Assembly: GCA_976551045.1 (NCBI GenBank)
Contig: CDPCPM010000014.1
Location: 38,440,001 to 38,504,000, forward strand
Direction of reading: 5' to 3'
Length of the DNA: 64,000 nucleotides
From: Glaucostegus cemiculus
Lineage: Eukaryota
Each line of letters begins with the position of its first letter. Position 1 is the stretch's first letter. The notes below the pieces were generated by a model. It was not told the DNA's origin. It saw nothing but the letters and a program-made list of their open reading frames with translations, and searched no databases. This document shows positions 1 to 13,000 of this stretch, in pieces. The position numbers and the translations under genes are program-made.

Positions 1-214
1 TGGAGATTGGGTGGCTCTATAAAGCATTGTTCTATACCTGAGGACAGAGAGCCACTTTGACAGTCAACTGGTGGGAATATAGGACATGGAGGTACACAAG
101 TCACAAGTAGAGATGGTAAAACAACAAATATTTGTATTTACAAAGTAGGTGCAATGTAGTGACATATCCCTTCATAGGACTGTTAACAATCAAAATTTAA
201 CACTAATGCATACA

Positions 215-490
215 GGGAGAGATAAGGGAGAATGACCAAAGTCTGCTCAGTAAGTACGTTATAAGGACTGACTTAAAAGAGGAAAGAGAGGTAGAGGTGT
301 TTAGTGAAGGAATTCTGGTTTAGGATCTGGACAGCTGAAGACACAGCTGCCAGTGGTGGAATAATTACATTCAAGGATGAGCAAGGATCAAGAATCTGAG
401 GGTGTAAGGCCGGAGGAGTATAATGAAATCAGCGGAGGGACTGAAAACAAGAGTAAGAATTTTAAAACAGGAACCATATTGATGCTGGTT
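215..490 (-). mobile_element. Decayed L2-clade LINE 3' fragment
   Basis: Purine-rich run (ttaaaagaggaaagagaggtagag...gaattc...cagctgaagacacagctgcca...gaattttaaaa) resembles the reverse strand of a chondrichthyan L2 3' region; related stretches at about 56.8 and 59.4 kb. Confidence 0.55.
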
Positions 491-3464
491 GAAAGGAACA
501 TTGAGTGAATCCAGCAGATTGGAATAATTCTGAAAAACATACAGAAATAAATACCAATTGTTATCAAGTTCTGATGAGCAGAACATTTAGAAAATGCATC
601 ACAGTGATAATGTGCAGGCAGAGAAGCAACCATTTCATATTTTAGCTCCTAGCTGATTGCCCTTGGGTGGTGATGGCAAAGACTAGCATTTGCAGTTACT
701 ACCATTGTGCCTCAGAACTGTAACAGCTTGGGTTCCATGCAAGAAATCCAGAGTGCTCCAGGTTGTGGTAAGAGATCAGTTTACCTCGGCATGTCTGTGG
801 CAAGAATTGTGAATATATGCCTTAATAAAATTGGGTGCAGAGCTAAGCACCTTTAAAAGTGCCTTTATGTTAGAAAATGTAGTGAGTGCTGCTTACAATG
901 GTCTCCCACCATTCGCTACACATGAAATATGAGAGTTTACCTTATTCTGGTAATATCAGAGTATTCTAGCAATTATATTCTAGAATTCAATTCTATTCTT
1001 GTAATAGTCCTTTTCTTTGAGTGTTGTGAATAAGCTGTTCGATTCACTGAGCCCTGACTCTGGCTGGTGTTTGATCGCCAATGCAGCTGGTGAGATATAA
1101 GTTGTGGAAAATGGTACTTGGAATTGACCTCACAGCGCTCTTTTGAACCCAAACCATTAACATGGTACTGTATTTCAATTCTTGACCAGATTTTGCAGGT
1201 TACAGCCATTAGCTGCCGTTGTTGGGAAGGAACTTGCATGCTTATGTGCAAGAAATACTACATGAGGATTAACCAGAATAGCCTGAGGACATTGAAGCTC
1301 AGTTTACAGCATTGGCAAATGCTCACATGTTGGTTCCAAGAGTGATGGCTAATGTTCTGTGTTTGCAGAGTTTTTTTTTGGTTCTTCATTAATGCTAGAG
1401 GGAGCCTACCTTATCTGGACCCCAGCTAGCAAAAAACATAACAATGGAGGCATTATTCCAACCAGCACTGGTTATTGTAAACTTGTTCTATTTTTTAGCA
1501 CACTGCTGCAAACAGCACATTAATACTGTTGATCACTCCCAGCCTTGTACTCTAGGCTACAGTGCTTTGGTTCCCAACCAGGTGAGCATAAGTGTTGATC
1601 CTAAATTTAATTCCTACAACTGTAATAGCAGATCAATTCACCTGTTTAGTTCACAACCATTAGTGGTTGTCTATTGCTGTTCAACGTCCTGACTAGATGT
1701 GGTAAGAAGTTACCCATTCAAACCTGAACAACGAGTCTAAGTGCGACTACATTTGGACTGGTCCTGGGCATTGAAAATACAGTGTGAGAATTTAGCAATG
1801 AAGGCTCTGACCCTTTTATGGGAAATGTCTTTGCTATTTCAAATAGGTGTTGACCCCTGTCAAACCTAAAGAGAAGCTTCAGAGCAAGGTTCCTGTGCAG
1901 TATTTTGGAATGGTATTGATATGAGGAGAACTTCAAATTTAAAATCCAGTTTCCATTTATATAGTGCTTACTTGTTTGCATGAACATAGGTTGAGAAATA
2001 GGCAACTGCTGACCCTAAAGGAATGACTGTGCACTGATCGTTTAAAGAAGCATAGGCAACAGATTGAGTCTGCTGTTTTGGAGACCTTCTTCCTTATCAT
2101 GCCTGTGAAGCTTGGGGCTCTGCACTGGAACTGGAACAAACCCTTACAACAAGCCTACAACTCCAAGGCAGTTTGCCGTGAAGACAGTCTTCACAGAGAT
2201 TAGTGAGTATGATTTTCATGTAGCTCTTTTCCAGATTAAATTCCTCAAGCATATTAATCCAAACTGCAAGTAGTCCCAGTGGCTGGTGCCATGTTGGATT
2301 CTGCCATATAGGAGGTTTGTTTACATCAAGATGAGAATGGCTTTTTTTAAATGTAGTTGGGAGCACTGTCAAGTCAGCAGTTAATGTGAACTGAGTTAGT
2401 ATTTTCTTTCTGTGGATCAACGGCTTGACTCACAAGAAGTTGCTTAAAATGACCACCTGCATACACAGCACAAAGGACTAGATTCCCAGCTCACTGTTCG
2501 CTCCCAATAAACATATTGTTCAACAAAGCGTTAATTGTGTTAACTTTTCAGTGCTTTTCAGCTGCTAAGCACTGATGTAAAGAGAGTTCTGCAGAGGAAA
2601 AAGTATTTTAAACATATACATTGTTGAAATATTAAAGAAAGATTCTCAAAACAACATTGTCCAGAATTTTGGATGTCCTTTCATTAAAAGGGCACAATCA
2701 AGACTGTTTAAGTCAACCAAAAACTAAATTTTCTGACTGTGGAAATATATCTGACAAAAATCCTTTCACTTGCTTCCAGCAATAATGGCAATTACCTATG
2801 TAAACAATAAACAAGCCTCCAATAGATGGCTGTGACCAGCCTTTTAAATGGAAACCAGCAACAATCTGTAACATATTACAAAAGAGCAAAGGGCATCCTA
2901 AAGAGCCAGCATGGAAACACCTTAATGGAAAGAAAATCCCACCTTGATCTTTTCGGGTGCAGTTCAGTAGAGATTGAGTTAAAGGAAAATTAAAGACATA
3001 TTCCCTTTCTTTGATCATTCAGTCTTTTTTTGCCTGTGAAATGTTTCTTCCTGTCAGTGGTGTGTGTTTCTAGGCTTCTATGTTATCCTGCTACTCTGTC
3101 CATCTGGGATTCATCCGTTATTTACCCCACCTAGTCACAGTAGTCATTGTACCGAAAGGATGGAATTCTTCCTCTTGGGGTTAAGATTTAAAGCAGATTG
3201 GAAATATTTAACAGCATAAAGCTGACCAAAGAAAAATCTGATCACTCGCATCATTTTAACTAAAAAAAACTTTGAATTAGATCAAGTGTACTCAATTTTT
3301 GCCAAGAACAGAGGAATAGTTTAACCTTGAGATGAGTTGGAATTGTACTTTGGCTTACTGTGAAAGCAAATTCTTACAGATGTTGATAAATAGTTTTTCC
3401 ATGCCATCAGGCAGGAAAGTATATGAAGGAAAATTATTCAGAAGAATATCTTTGGCTTGTTATA

Positions 3465-3510
3465 ACTTAAAGGCTCACTCAGAGATTCACTTAAAGGCTC
3501 ACTCAAAGAT
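3465..3510. repeat. 24-bp tandem duplication (about 2 copies)
   Basis: acttaaaggctcactcagagattc followed directly by acttaaaggctcactcaaagat. Confidence 0.9.
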
Positions 3511-5818
3511 CTGTTACCCAGCAGTGAATCGATGGCAATATTTAAAGACAAGGGTAGAGATATTTGTATGGGTGAGGAACCATATATACTAAAATAGTTT
3601 GAAATGCCTTTAGTACAGATACTTAAGACATTCCTTTACCAATATAAATCATGTTTAGAAGTCCAAATCCATAAAGTCTTTACATGTAAATATACTTATT
3701 GTCCTCCATAACTTTTTTTGAACAATCAAAATATCTTCTGTTTGTTTGCTATGCTGCTATAATAATTTTCATCCCAATATCTTTGACTTTTTTTTAGCCC
3801 TCAAGCTATTTAGGGAGAAATTTCTAACCGTTTTGTTTTCCTTGACACATCATGTATTGTCTGGCTAATGCAGTTGTCTGGCTTTCATTTGGCTTTCTTC
3901 TTCTTGGTGGTTGCCTGCTGATCCTTGGCACCGCAGATCCTGCTGCTGTTAGTCTAGTGACTAGAAGCCAATCTATCTCTCAGCAAGTTGTTTATTTTCT
4001 GAATACACAGGGAGGAATCCCTGTAAATGAGTAAGTGTTACTTTTCACTTATTTCCCAGCCAGCAGGTGGCCAAAAACAATTTTGCCTTAACTACCTTGG
4101 CATCTGAGATGTGAATGAAGTCTAATCTGTCATCCCGTCTTGTCAGACTATCTTGAATATGACTTTGTACCCGTGTTATTCTGAGGTCTGTGCAGTTGGA
4201 ATATAGTTCTAATTCCTCAAAAACAGGCAGAAAGCCAATGAGTAAGCCCTGTCTTAGCATGGATCCACACCTTGCAGAAAGGATCGGGCTGGGGCAGGGG
4301 GCAGGGAAGAAAATGGGATGGGCATTTTCCATCTTGTGCATTAACTGTACATCATTATGCACAGTATCCAGTGGAGTGTCATTTCTTTGGTTTTATATGA
4401 TATGAAACTAATATGACAAGAATGGAAATGAATCATAGTTGGACTAAAATGAACTGGCAAAATATTATTTGAAATTTGATTGGTGTGGACTGAGGTTATT
4501 GCTTGCTGTGGTGTAAATCATCATTCAGCTTTCTTTCAAAGAAACTGGTATGCTCAGTGGTTGGACAGCTGTGTGAATAAGCATATGGTCCTTATACCTT
4601 CAGTCTGTGGACTGGAGTCCAATTTAGACTTGAACGTTTAGTTTCCCTGATAACTCCAGCAGTTTTACTTAGAATAAAGTTGGGCAGAGTAGGTCCAGTT
4701 TCTGGTAAATGTGGATGATGGTTCAAAATTGGCTGTGACAAATTGAAGTCTAATTTGAAAAAGCCATAAAGTTGATTTGGAAAGTGGAAAAAATGCATAC
4801 TGATAGTAGTAGAAAGCATACAGAGCTGTATTTGAATAATAAGCTGCTTGGAAATGGAGTTATATGGAGTTTGCAGTACTTGATACTCATATTGGATATC
4901 AAAAGTTCCTTTCAGTCCTCAATGCACATATCCTTAACATTAATCAGCATAAAATGCCAAGCAAGTAAACTGTTAACTGTGATTTGGGACTGAACTTTTA
5001 AACCAGCAGCTGAACAATGCGAAATGCAAATGTCATCACATCAGAAATCTTAACCTTGTTACCAGAAACATTATCGAAAAGGAAGGGAAGTTTTGACTTC
5101 AGTCTTTCAACAATAATCAATACTGAAATTGTGGCCATCTAGTCTGCAGTGTCTGCCACTTGCATTCTTTCTCCTATTCCATGGGGTCAAACTTCTGTTG
5201 GGAACTGGACCAGATACCTCTCAGCCCTGTTGTCAAAGCTGACACCAGGTGAATTTTCAGAGCGTATGTCAGCATAAGGAAGACCACTTCTTTCCATCCT
5301 TCAGCATATGTACTCTCATCCATAACATCAAGTTGATCTTAGCAAATATTCATTATAACTCTGATCATCCAGTATCCTCATGACTTTTTTGGTCCAGACT
5401 AACAGATTTTCTGGACTTTAAAATATTACTCCTGTTAATATCCCAGCACACTATTTACCATTTTAAAAATGTTCGAGTGATAAAACTTTTAAGTGAACCC
5501 CGTAAGATCACTTAACAACAAAAGTTCCCAGTATGTGGTCCAACATTGTAATATTCACGGTCTAACGCTTCAAAGTTCTCCACGCTGCTTTCACTCTTTA
5601 CTATTCCCATTGAGGGTGCTGAGCTATGGAACTCAATGGATTGAGTTTGAATCTGTAAAATGAGCACTCCCAAACATGGTGATGATCAAGTGAATCATTT
5701 CTGCTCCTACATGATCGATCTGCCCCCATCAGCTATCAAAACAGTGCTGAACCTGCTCAACTCACCAGCAGTGAGCAAGAGGGGCTGTGGAAGAGGACAG
5801 GAAAGTATGCTGTGTCTT

Positions 5819-5848
5819 TGTGTGTGTGTGCGTGTGTGTGTGTGTGTG
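5819..5848. repeat. (TG)n microsatellite
   Basis: About 15 TG units with one interruption. Confidence 0.95.
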
Positions 5849-5959
5849 CATGCATGCAGTCAGTGTGCATCTTCCCACTCAGTGTGCTAGTAGGCATCTT
5901 TGCATGTCTGTGTGCATTGAGTCTTGCAACAAGTCTGGCCTCTAAGACCTCCAATTGTC

Positions 5960-8615
5960 CTGGACACCAGCAGCCACCCCCATGTTAAAGGAAATTATGC
6001 ACAGACATCTTTCACGACTCAAAACAAAAACTGGAGAGCAGTGGACAATGCCAGCAGCATTAAATCTGAACATTGCTATATTACCATAGCCTGGGAACTC
6101 AAAACAATCTGACATTGATGCTGCTCCTGTAAGTGACTGGGAGGACATGTCTAGCTCAAAGAACAAGGGAGTGGGTACGTCTTCTTATGGAAGGGAAAAC
6201 CAGTAAAGGAACGGCAGCTTTATTTTGTGGGGTTCATCATCAAGAATGAGTTCGTCTGTTGCCTCAGCGATGTGCACTATTGGTTAGGTGAATGTCCCAT
6301 GATCTTCCACCCCAGCATGCTGCAGCCATTAGTGCATATGCTCCAACCCTGGAAGCAATGCACTAGGCCATTGGGGAATTACACTCTAACCTTGAACTCT
6401 GGCCAGAGTCCCAGCAGGAGGTGGAGTCGCAATGGATTTACTTGGCAACTTCAGCGGCAGAATCAGAAGCTCTGGAAAGACGGGATTGGCAAGGATTGGC
6501 AATGCCCTTGATCGAAGCATTGGCACCTGCTATATTACATCATTGTCTGTGTAACAGACTGCAGGAATGACCTGGCAGATATCAACAACTGTTGGACTGA
6601 CCACCACTTAATGTGGTCTTTTACCTCCATCAAACTGGCCCCAAAATGGCATGGCAAAGTTGAAAGATCCAAGAATCTCACACAAACAAAAATAGATCTG
6701 CTCATCAGCACCTCATGGACAACCTGATAACTCTCAACCAGCAGGTGCTACAGTGTGCCCCACTGTTCACCACTATTTGAAGCTCTGAAGACCAGAAAAC
6801 ACCACAACTGGTTTGATGAGAACAAGAAGGAGAACAAAGGATTAATTGACCATAAGCACTGAAAGCATCATCCTGTCTCAAAGAGAAAAAAGAGTCATCT
6901 GCAAGCTGAGGTCCAACATATAAGTTGGCCCTAGAGAACAGATGCTAGATGGTGAGAGCCCAAGACATCTAGCAACTAGCTAGTATTTACAACATGCATA
7001 GATTCCTCAGCAGTATCTACAACCCAAACAGCCGGGGACTTACCTCAGTGGGAGACAAGAGTGGAGGAGGGTTTATCAAGGGGAGAGAAGGAGTCCGTGC
7101 CTGTTGGAAGGAGAACTTCAACTGAGCCTCTTATCTTTCACCTGAATTTCCTTGACTCCATACCTCAGCACACTATCTGCCACCATCTTGGCACTTACCA
7201 GTCTGGCGAGAAGTTGAAAAAGCCATCCAACAGCTGAAAAACAACAAATCCTCTGGAGAAGACTAGATCCCTTCATTAATATGAAAGCCTGGCAGAGAAG
7301 TACCTCATCTATGCAGAGGAGAGCCGCGGAGGTCCTATAATTGTGATCATCTTCAATAAAAGAAACAAGTAAAATACTGGGAGCAGCACCAACCACTCTA
7401 TGTGTCTTTTTTTTGAGCTCAGAAAACCTTCAACAACATCAAACAGGATGAATTTTGGGGGATTCTCAGAAATTCATTACCATACTCTGTGTAAGCTACG
7501 ATCCTCAGCAATAGGTGCAACACAGCCCAATCCTAATACAGACTGGGGTCAAACAAGGGCGTATCAAGTCACAATCTTTGTTGCTGAAATACTTCACCTC
7601 ACTGCCAACAAGCTCCCTGACGGGGTGGAGTTAAGCTGCAGAATGAGTAGAAAATGGTTCAGCCTTTGGTGACTCCACCCCAGAACAAGATCACCCCAAT
7701 CTCAGTCATCATAGATTCACACTTAGTGTCTGAGTTCCAAGTCATTATTAACCACCTTACTGAAGTTACAACACATGGACCTCAGAGTAAACATCTGGAA
7801 CACATTGATCCTCTTCCAAATTCCTCTCTAATGCAACACTGTCCGCGGTATTCAAAATCTATGACTGAACCCTGGAAAACGTTGAGTTCCTTCTTTATCT
7901 TGGTAGGGAGGACAGGCATTAATGACAAAGTTCACCATTGTCTCCAGTGTGCCAGCACAGCTTCTGACAGATTGACAAGAGAAGTATTTGAAGAGGAAGA
8001 CCTCAAATTCAGCACTGAGCTCATGGTCTGCTAAATAGCAGTGATCCCTGCCTTCCTTATATGCTTAGGAGATATGGACAACCAGCTGTGGGCACCTCAA
8101 AGGCTGGGAAATACCAACAAAAGCATCTCTGAAAAATCATCTGAATCAGTTGGCAGGATAGGTGAACTAATGTCAGCATCTTCTCTGAGGCAACATCCCA
8201 GTGTCAGTGCTCTAATCATGCACAACCAACTTTAGTGGGTGTCTATGTAGCCCAACACCAACACGTGCTCTATTCTGAACTCTGTCACAGGCAGAGATTT
8301 CCAAGAGGGCAGTGCAACGGTTCACATGTCTCCTTGACAGAATGTACCATCCTCACCAAGCCATGGGTTTCTGCAGAAGGAGAATCTCGGAAGACAATGA
8401 GCATTTAGAATGGAGCAAGGGGAAGCTATTTGCAAATAACAGAAGGAGAATACAGTCTCCAAAACAAGCCACCTGCCTCCACAGTCAAGCAACACCTGCC
8501 CCACTTGTGGCAGAACCTGTCATTACCAGAATGGTTTCATCAGCCACCTCAGAATCACAGAACTGGATTGGAAGCAAGTCACCCTAGTCATCCTTGACCC
8601 TGAGTAACTGCTTAT
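5960..8615 (+). mobile_element. Decayed RTE-clade LINE (endonuclease and reverse transcriptase remnants, many stops and frameshifts)
   Basis: Translated remnants LKEQGSGYVFLWKGKP and VGFIIKNE (APE endonuclease, about 6155-6250), NWFDEN (about 6805), TGVKQG (RT, about 7542), LTREVFEEEDLKFSTELMV, and an RTE-type 3' end ggaagcaagtc...atccttgaccctgag. Confidence 0.85.
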
Positions 8616-9508
8616 ATATAAAAAAAAGTAAATGGTAACAGTGAATCAGCTGCCTTTTTATATCTTTTCTGATTTTCCATTATCATTTTACACTATTGTG
8701 CTAAGATTGTCCCATTATTTGATAATTAACAACCTAAACACTGTGGCTTGTCTATTTTCTCAAGCTTTTGCTATATCACCTTAATGTGTAAGCTCCTGCA
8801 GCTCCTCTTTAAGCTTTTGAAGTATGGTGCTGTTTATAAAGACAACAATTGATGTGATTTGAAAAGATGCCAACCAGGTACCTCAACAAATAAGAAAAAG
8901 CTGGCTTGCAAATGATAGACCTGATAACAACGCACCAATTGAAAGTTTTTAGTTTCTGCTTTTAATCTGCTACGTCTGTACATTTCTATACTTGCTGCTA
9001 AGCTCTGGAGCTGTAAAACAGATCTTATTACAATATAATTCACAGAATGATCTTTGGACAATGACAGTCAATATATTTCTGAAAAATAGCTAGTGTAGTT
9101 TTAAGTATGGACATCTCAGATTTACTTTGCATGAAAGGTTCTTTGGAAGAGTGTATTGTCTCTTTGGATCAAGTGTGAACACTGAGGTCTTGTAGTCGAT
9201 CTGCTGAGTCTGTTGTTGGGAGTAGCACACGCCCTTTGCAGTTTTAAAATACAAACTATTTCCATTCGTATGACTGTAAATACAAAACTCTGCCCTTCTT
9301 GTTTGTGGAGGTTTGTAATGTGCCTTGCTCTTTTGTGGAGGTGTCAAGGCTGGCTTTTTTAAGAGGTTGACTACAGAATGGCTGGCGCTGAACTGGTTTT
9401 GAACTAGGTGGTGTAATGTTTGGACAGTTTGCAGTAATTTTGTATTTGGGAACTGAACAAGAGACCCTGTCTGACAGTCTTATATTCACATTAATACTAA
9501 ATTATTCT

Positions 9509-9795
9509 GGTAGTGTAGCAGTTAGCATAACACTATTACAGCGCCAGCGACCTGGGTTCAATTCCGGCCACTGTCTGTAAGGAGTTTGTACGTCCTCCTC
9601 ATGTCTGCGCGGGTTTCCTCTGGGTGCTCTGGTTTCCTCCCACATTCCAAAGATGTACAGGTCAGGAAGTTGTGGGTATGTTATGTTGGCATCGGAAGCG
9701 TAGCGACATTTGCGGGCTGCTCCCAGAACACTTCTGGCAAAAGATGCATTTCACTATGTGTTTTGATGTACATGTGACTAATAAAGATACCTTAT
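9509..9795 (+). mobile_element. tRNA-derived V-SINE-like element with a Rex1-like 3' tail
   Basis: A box (tagtgtagcagttagc), B box (gggttcaattcc), V-type core (ggagtttgtacgt...gggtttcctctgggtgctctggtttcctcccaca), tail tgtacatgtgactaataaa. Confidence 0.85.
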
Positions 9796-9889
9796 AGAAG
9801 GATCAGATCTCATCAGGACCTATTTTCTTACCAAAAATGTTAGAATAATTCAAAAGGTGCTGCAATTTTGATAATGTCAAGGTCATAGG

Positions 9890-10020
9890 AATTCAGGGTC
9901 TTGGCCTGAAGTGTTGACTGTCCATTTCCTTCCATGTATGCTACCTGACCCTCTTGAGTTCCTCCAGCAGCTTCTTGTATTTGCTCCAGATTCCTGAATG
10001 TGCAATCTCATGTGTCTCCA
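9890..10020 (+). mobile_element. Penelope-like terminal repeat fragment
   Basis: gggtcttggcctgaagtgttgactgt...ctgaccctcttgagttcctccagca...ttgctccagattcc; homologous to copies at 36.8, 46.2, 47.1 and 63.7 kb. Confidence 0.6.
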
Positions 10021-13000
10021 TGGTGTAGGAATGCAAGCAGACCAATCACTGTGTGCGTATTACTCTTGGCATTGAAGCTATTTTCCTCTAATGAGAACTG
10101 TATGACTCATAGCAATGCAAAGATTGCAAGTTCCATTAATGGTTTAGTTATCAACACGCTGCCTTGTGAGATTAAGCCATCTGGACTATGAGAGTCTTAG
10201 GTTTCTTCCTTGGGCAAAATGAAGTGCCTCAAGGTTTAAATAATTTTTCCCTTGCAATGCCAAGGCTCAAGTCTAAAACAGTTTGATACCAGTGAGCAGT
10301 CAACACCGATGGAGCTGTGTTGATGCAAGAGCCTGGAAAATGAGGACGTTCTATAATTTGCTGCATTTGTGTGCTTTAAGCAAGTTTTTTTTGAAGTACA
10401 GGAAATTCATTTAGTTGAGGAAGTGACAGTGAGCATGGGTCTATGATGTTGCTGACCTCATTGCTTTGATCTCAAACCCCCAGTCTTGCTTATAAGTGTC
10501 CATTTACCAGTCATGCACAATGCAAGTGGTGACCAAGGTCACTAGCCTACTGCAATCAGCTCTTTGTCTTACTTAAGCACATTCTTGCAGCGAGTGAATG
10601 CAAAGAATACGGAACCAGTTCCTGGCAAAAACACAGCCAACCATGAGAAAACTCTTCAGAGCAGTCTGGCCTTCTTTTACGACTTTGGTTGACATAGTCG
10701 TGACTTAAGCTCAGCAAAGCAAACTCAAATCAATTTTGAAATCGCTGTTTCCATTTACATCCAAATCATTGAAGGTCAAGTTGTAATTTGTACCTTCCTG
10801 ACCTACCAACATTGGTCTGAAGTGACCTTTCCTCAGACTTGGCACAAACTTTAAAACACAACATGAGTTTTTGTATCATTGACAGTAATTCTTATTTATG
10901 GCAACATTCTTCAGAAGCCACTGGTGTTTGCAATCTGTGCACGTGAAAAAAAGAGGCAACATGAAAATGAATAAAATAAGAATGTAGTTTATATTATATG
11001 TTTGTGTTTAAGGTATGTGAGGACGAGAGGTGTTTCAGTGAGCCAGGATGCTAGGGGATGGTTTCCTTCTGTATTGAGTTGCCATAGTGATGCAAATAGA
11101 GTGAATAATGAGGTAATCGCTTATGGTGGGGAAGTGGAGAAATGCACAGCTTCTGAAGATGTCTTTTCTAAAAAGAGTGGATGGTGCTTACATGTCCCCA
11201 CTCATCCTGCTTTTTTGTCCATTTAGTTCTAATCTGATTATTCAGTTTATGACTTTAGGAAAAGTGGGAAATGTGCTCACACGGTAGGCATTCACCTTTT
11301 GGCCCTCTTTGATTAGCCACCCATGTCTTTCTATTACCATTTCCTTTATTGTGGAAGAATTAACTTCGAGCTCCCAAGCTATTCTTTTTCTGATACATTT
11401 TGGGGATTATTGTGAAATACTTTCACACCTTTTCTTTTGGGGGCAGAGGCTGGAGGAATAATTTCCATGTTAACTTCCAGGAAAGCATTGAATTGAATTA
11501 AATTCTGCCATCATCCTTTCACTTCAAGATTAACATTTTTTTTCTGTTGATTTTTTAAGAGGGCTTTGTGGAGAATAGACTTTAGCAGACATTTGTGATG
11601 CATGCTTTTGTGTGAGTTATATAGTCACGAAGATCACTTTTTCCACCAGCTTTGCTACGGCAGAGGAAAAAAGCCCCTCCTGTTCAAGGATGAAAGCTGT
11701 AGACTAATCTGCTTCCATCTGGAAAATCAGAGAGCCAGGGGTTGCAGTCATGAGGTCACGTCCCTTATGTAAACTGTCAGATTCTTTTTACATTAAAAAC
11801 TTATCACGTAAATACCAACTGAGGACTTGTCAGAGACACTCCTAAGAATGCAAAGCCAGACTCTTCCCTAAAAAATGAAGGGCTCTGTTATAGGAGGAAA
11901 AATGACTGCCTTGCCTGTCTGCATAGTAGTTATTATTCTATTGGGAGTCAGCAGGAAGAGAGAATCTAAGTTGCTGCAACAAAGCCATAAGACCACTGTG
12001 GCAAGAGATGTTCAGAGCATGAACTCACATTGCACTTTCACTATTATATTTCTCCACTGATTCCTAAACGGTTTATTTTCTTTACTCTTTGAAGTCATTA
12101 GATGGGAAGAAAACAGAGGTATTGAATCCCTGGGGATGTTGTTTCTGTACGAAGCAGATAGTGTGCTCTCCGGTGTGACTAAAAATGGGGTACTTGCTCA
12201 GGAAGCTGTGGATGCCAGCTGGGCAATGGGATTGCAGGGAATGTGGGATTGCCTGAATGTGGGAAGATCAAAGATCCGCTGTCGGGGTCTGCACTGAGTG
12301 TGTGCTTTAGATGGAACAGTTTGTCATGAGAGCGGGTAGCCTCAACTGAAATAACGCGTCTGCTTTTTTACTTGAGGCGTCTCCAAATAATAATAGTGGG
12401 AATGTATTAGGAGACGTGGTTATTGTCCCATGACTTGGTGATTGTCTATCAAGATTCAGGCATGCAGCAAAAGCAAGGAAGATAGACTAATTCCTGGACA
12501 ATATCATAAACTTAATTGTATATCTGTTGAATGGATAGTAGAAGAAAGAGGAGGAAAAACTAAACTTGCTTCTCGTATTATTCACTACATTTAGTCTTTT
12601 GCTTAAATTCCTCTGCTTAGTGATGCAGTGCTATTTGTTCTGTATACAGTTTACCCATATTATATGGTTTAATAATGAGATGCTGAAACATTTACACATG
12701 CTCCCAGCTCACCATCACTGCCTTTTGATCAGTATTTTGTGTCTATAACACTTGTCACATTTTGCAAACTATGTATATTAGATTACTTTTGCTCTTTCAC
12801 CACCACAACTTAAGTCCTCAAATGCATTCTGCATTTGCCAGTTTAAAAATAATCATCTAGAAATCAGACTGTGTGGCACTGTTTACTCCTGTACCGAGTG
12901 ATAGAAAATGGTTTCTAAGTAGTTGTGCATTATTCCAGAAATGCAGCCAAGCACTTCTTGGCATGTATTGTGCTTGCTCAACTGATAATATTTTCACATC

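Noticed and set aside
2167-2194. Palindrome GTGAAGAC-A-GTCTTCAC with an adjacent small inverted repeat
   Set aside because: About one 8-bp-arm palindrome with a given spacer is expected by chance in 64 kb
7118-8587. Cluster of ORFs as a host gene
   Set aside because: All are fragments or alternative frames of the decayed RTE element
8860-8952. Peptide ending DNNAPIESF, resembling an integrase motif
   Set aside because: Short, bounded by stops, and lacking other DDE motifs; probably coincidence
12377-12417. Small hairpin CGTCTCC...GGAGACG as a pre-miRNA
   Set aside because: The stem is too short and there is no recognisable mature miRNA sequence
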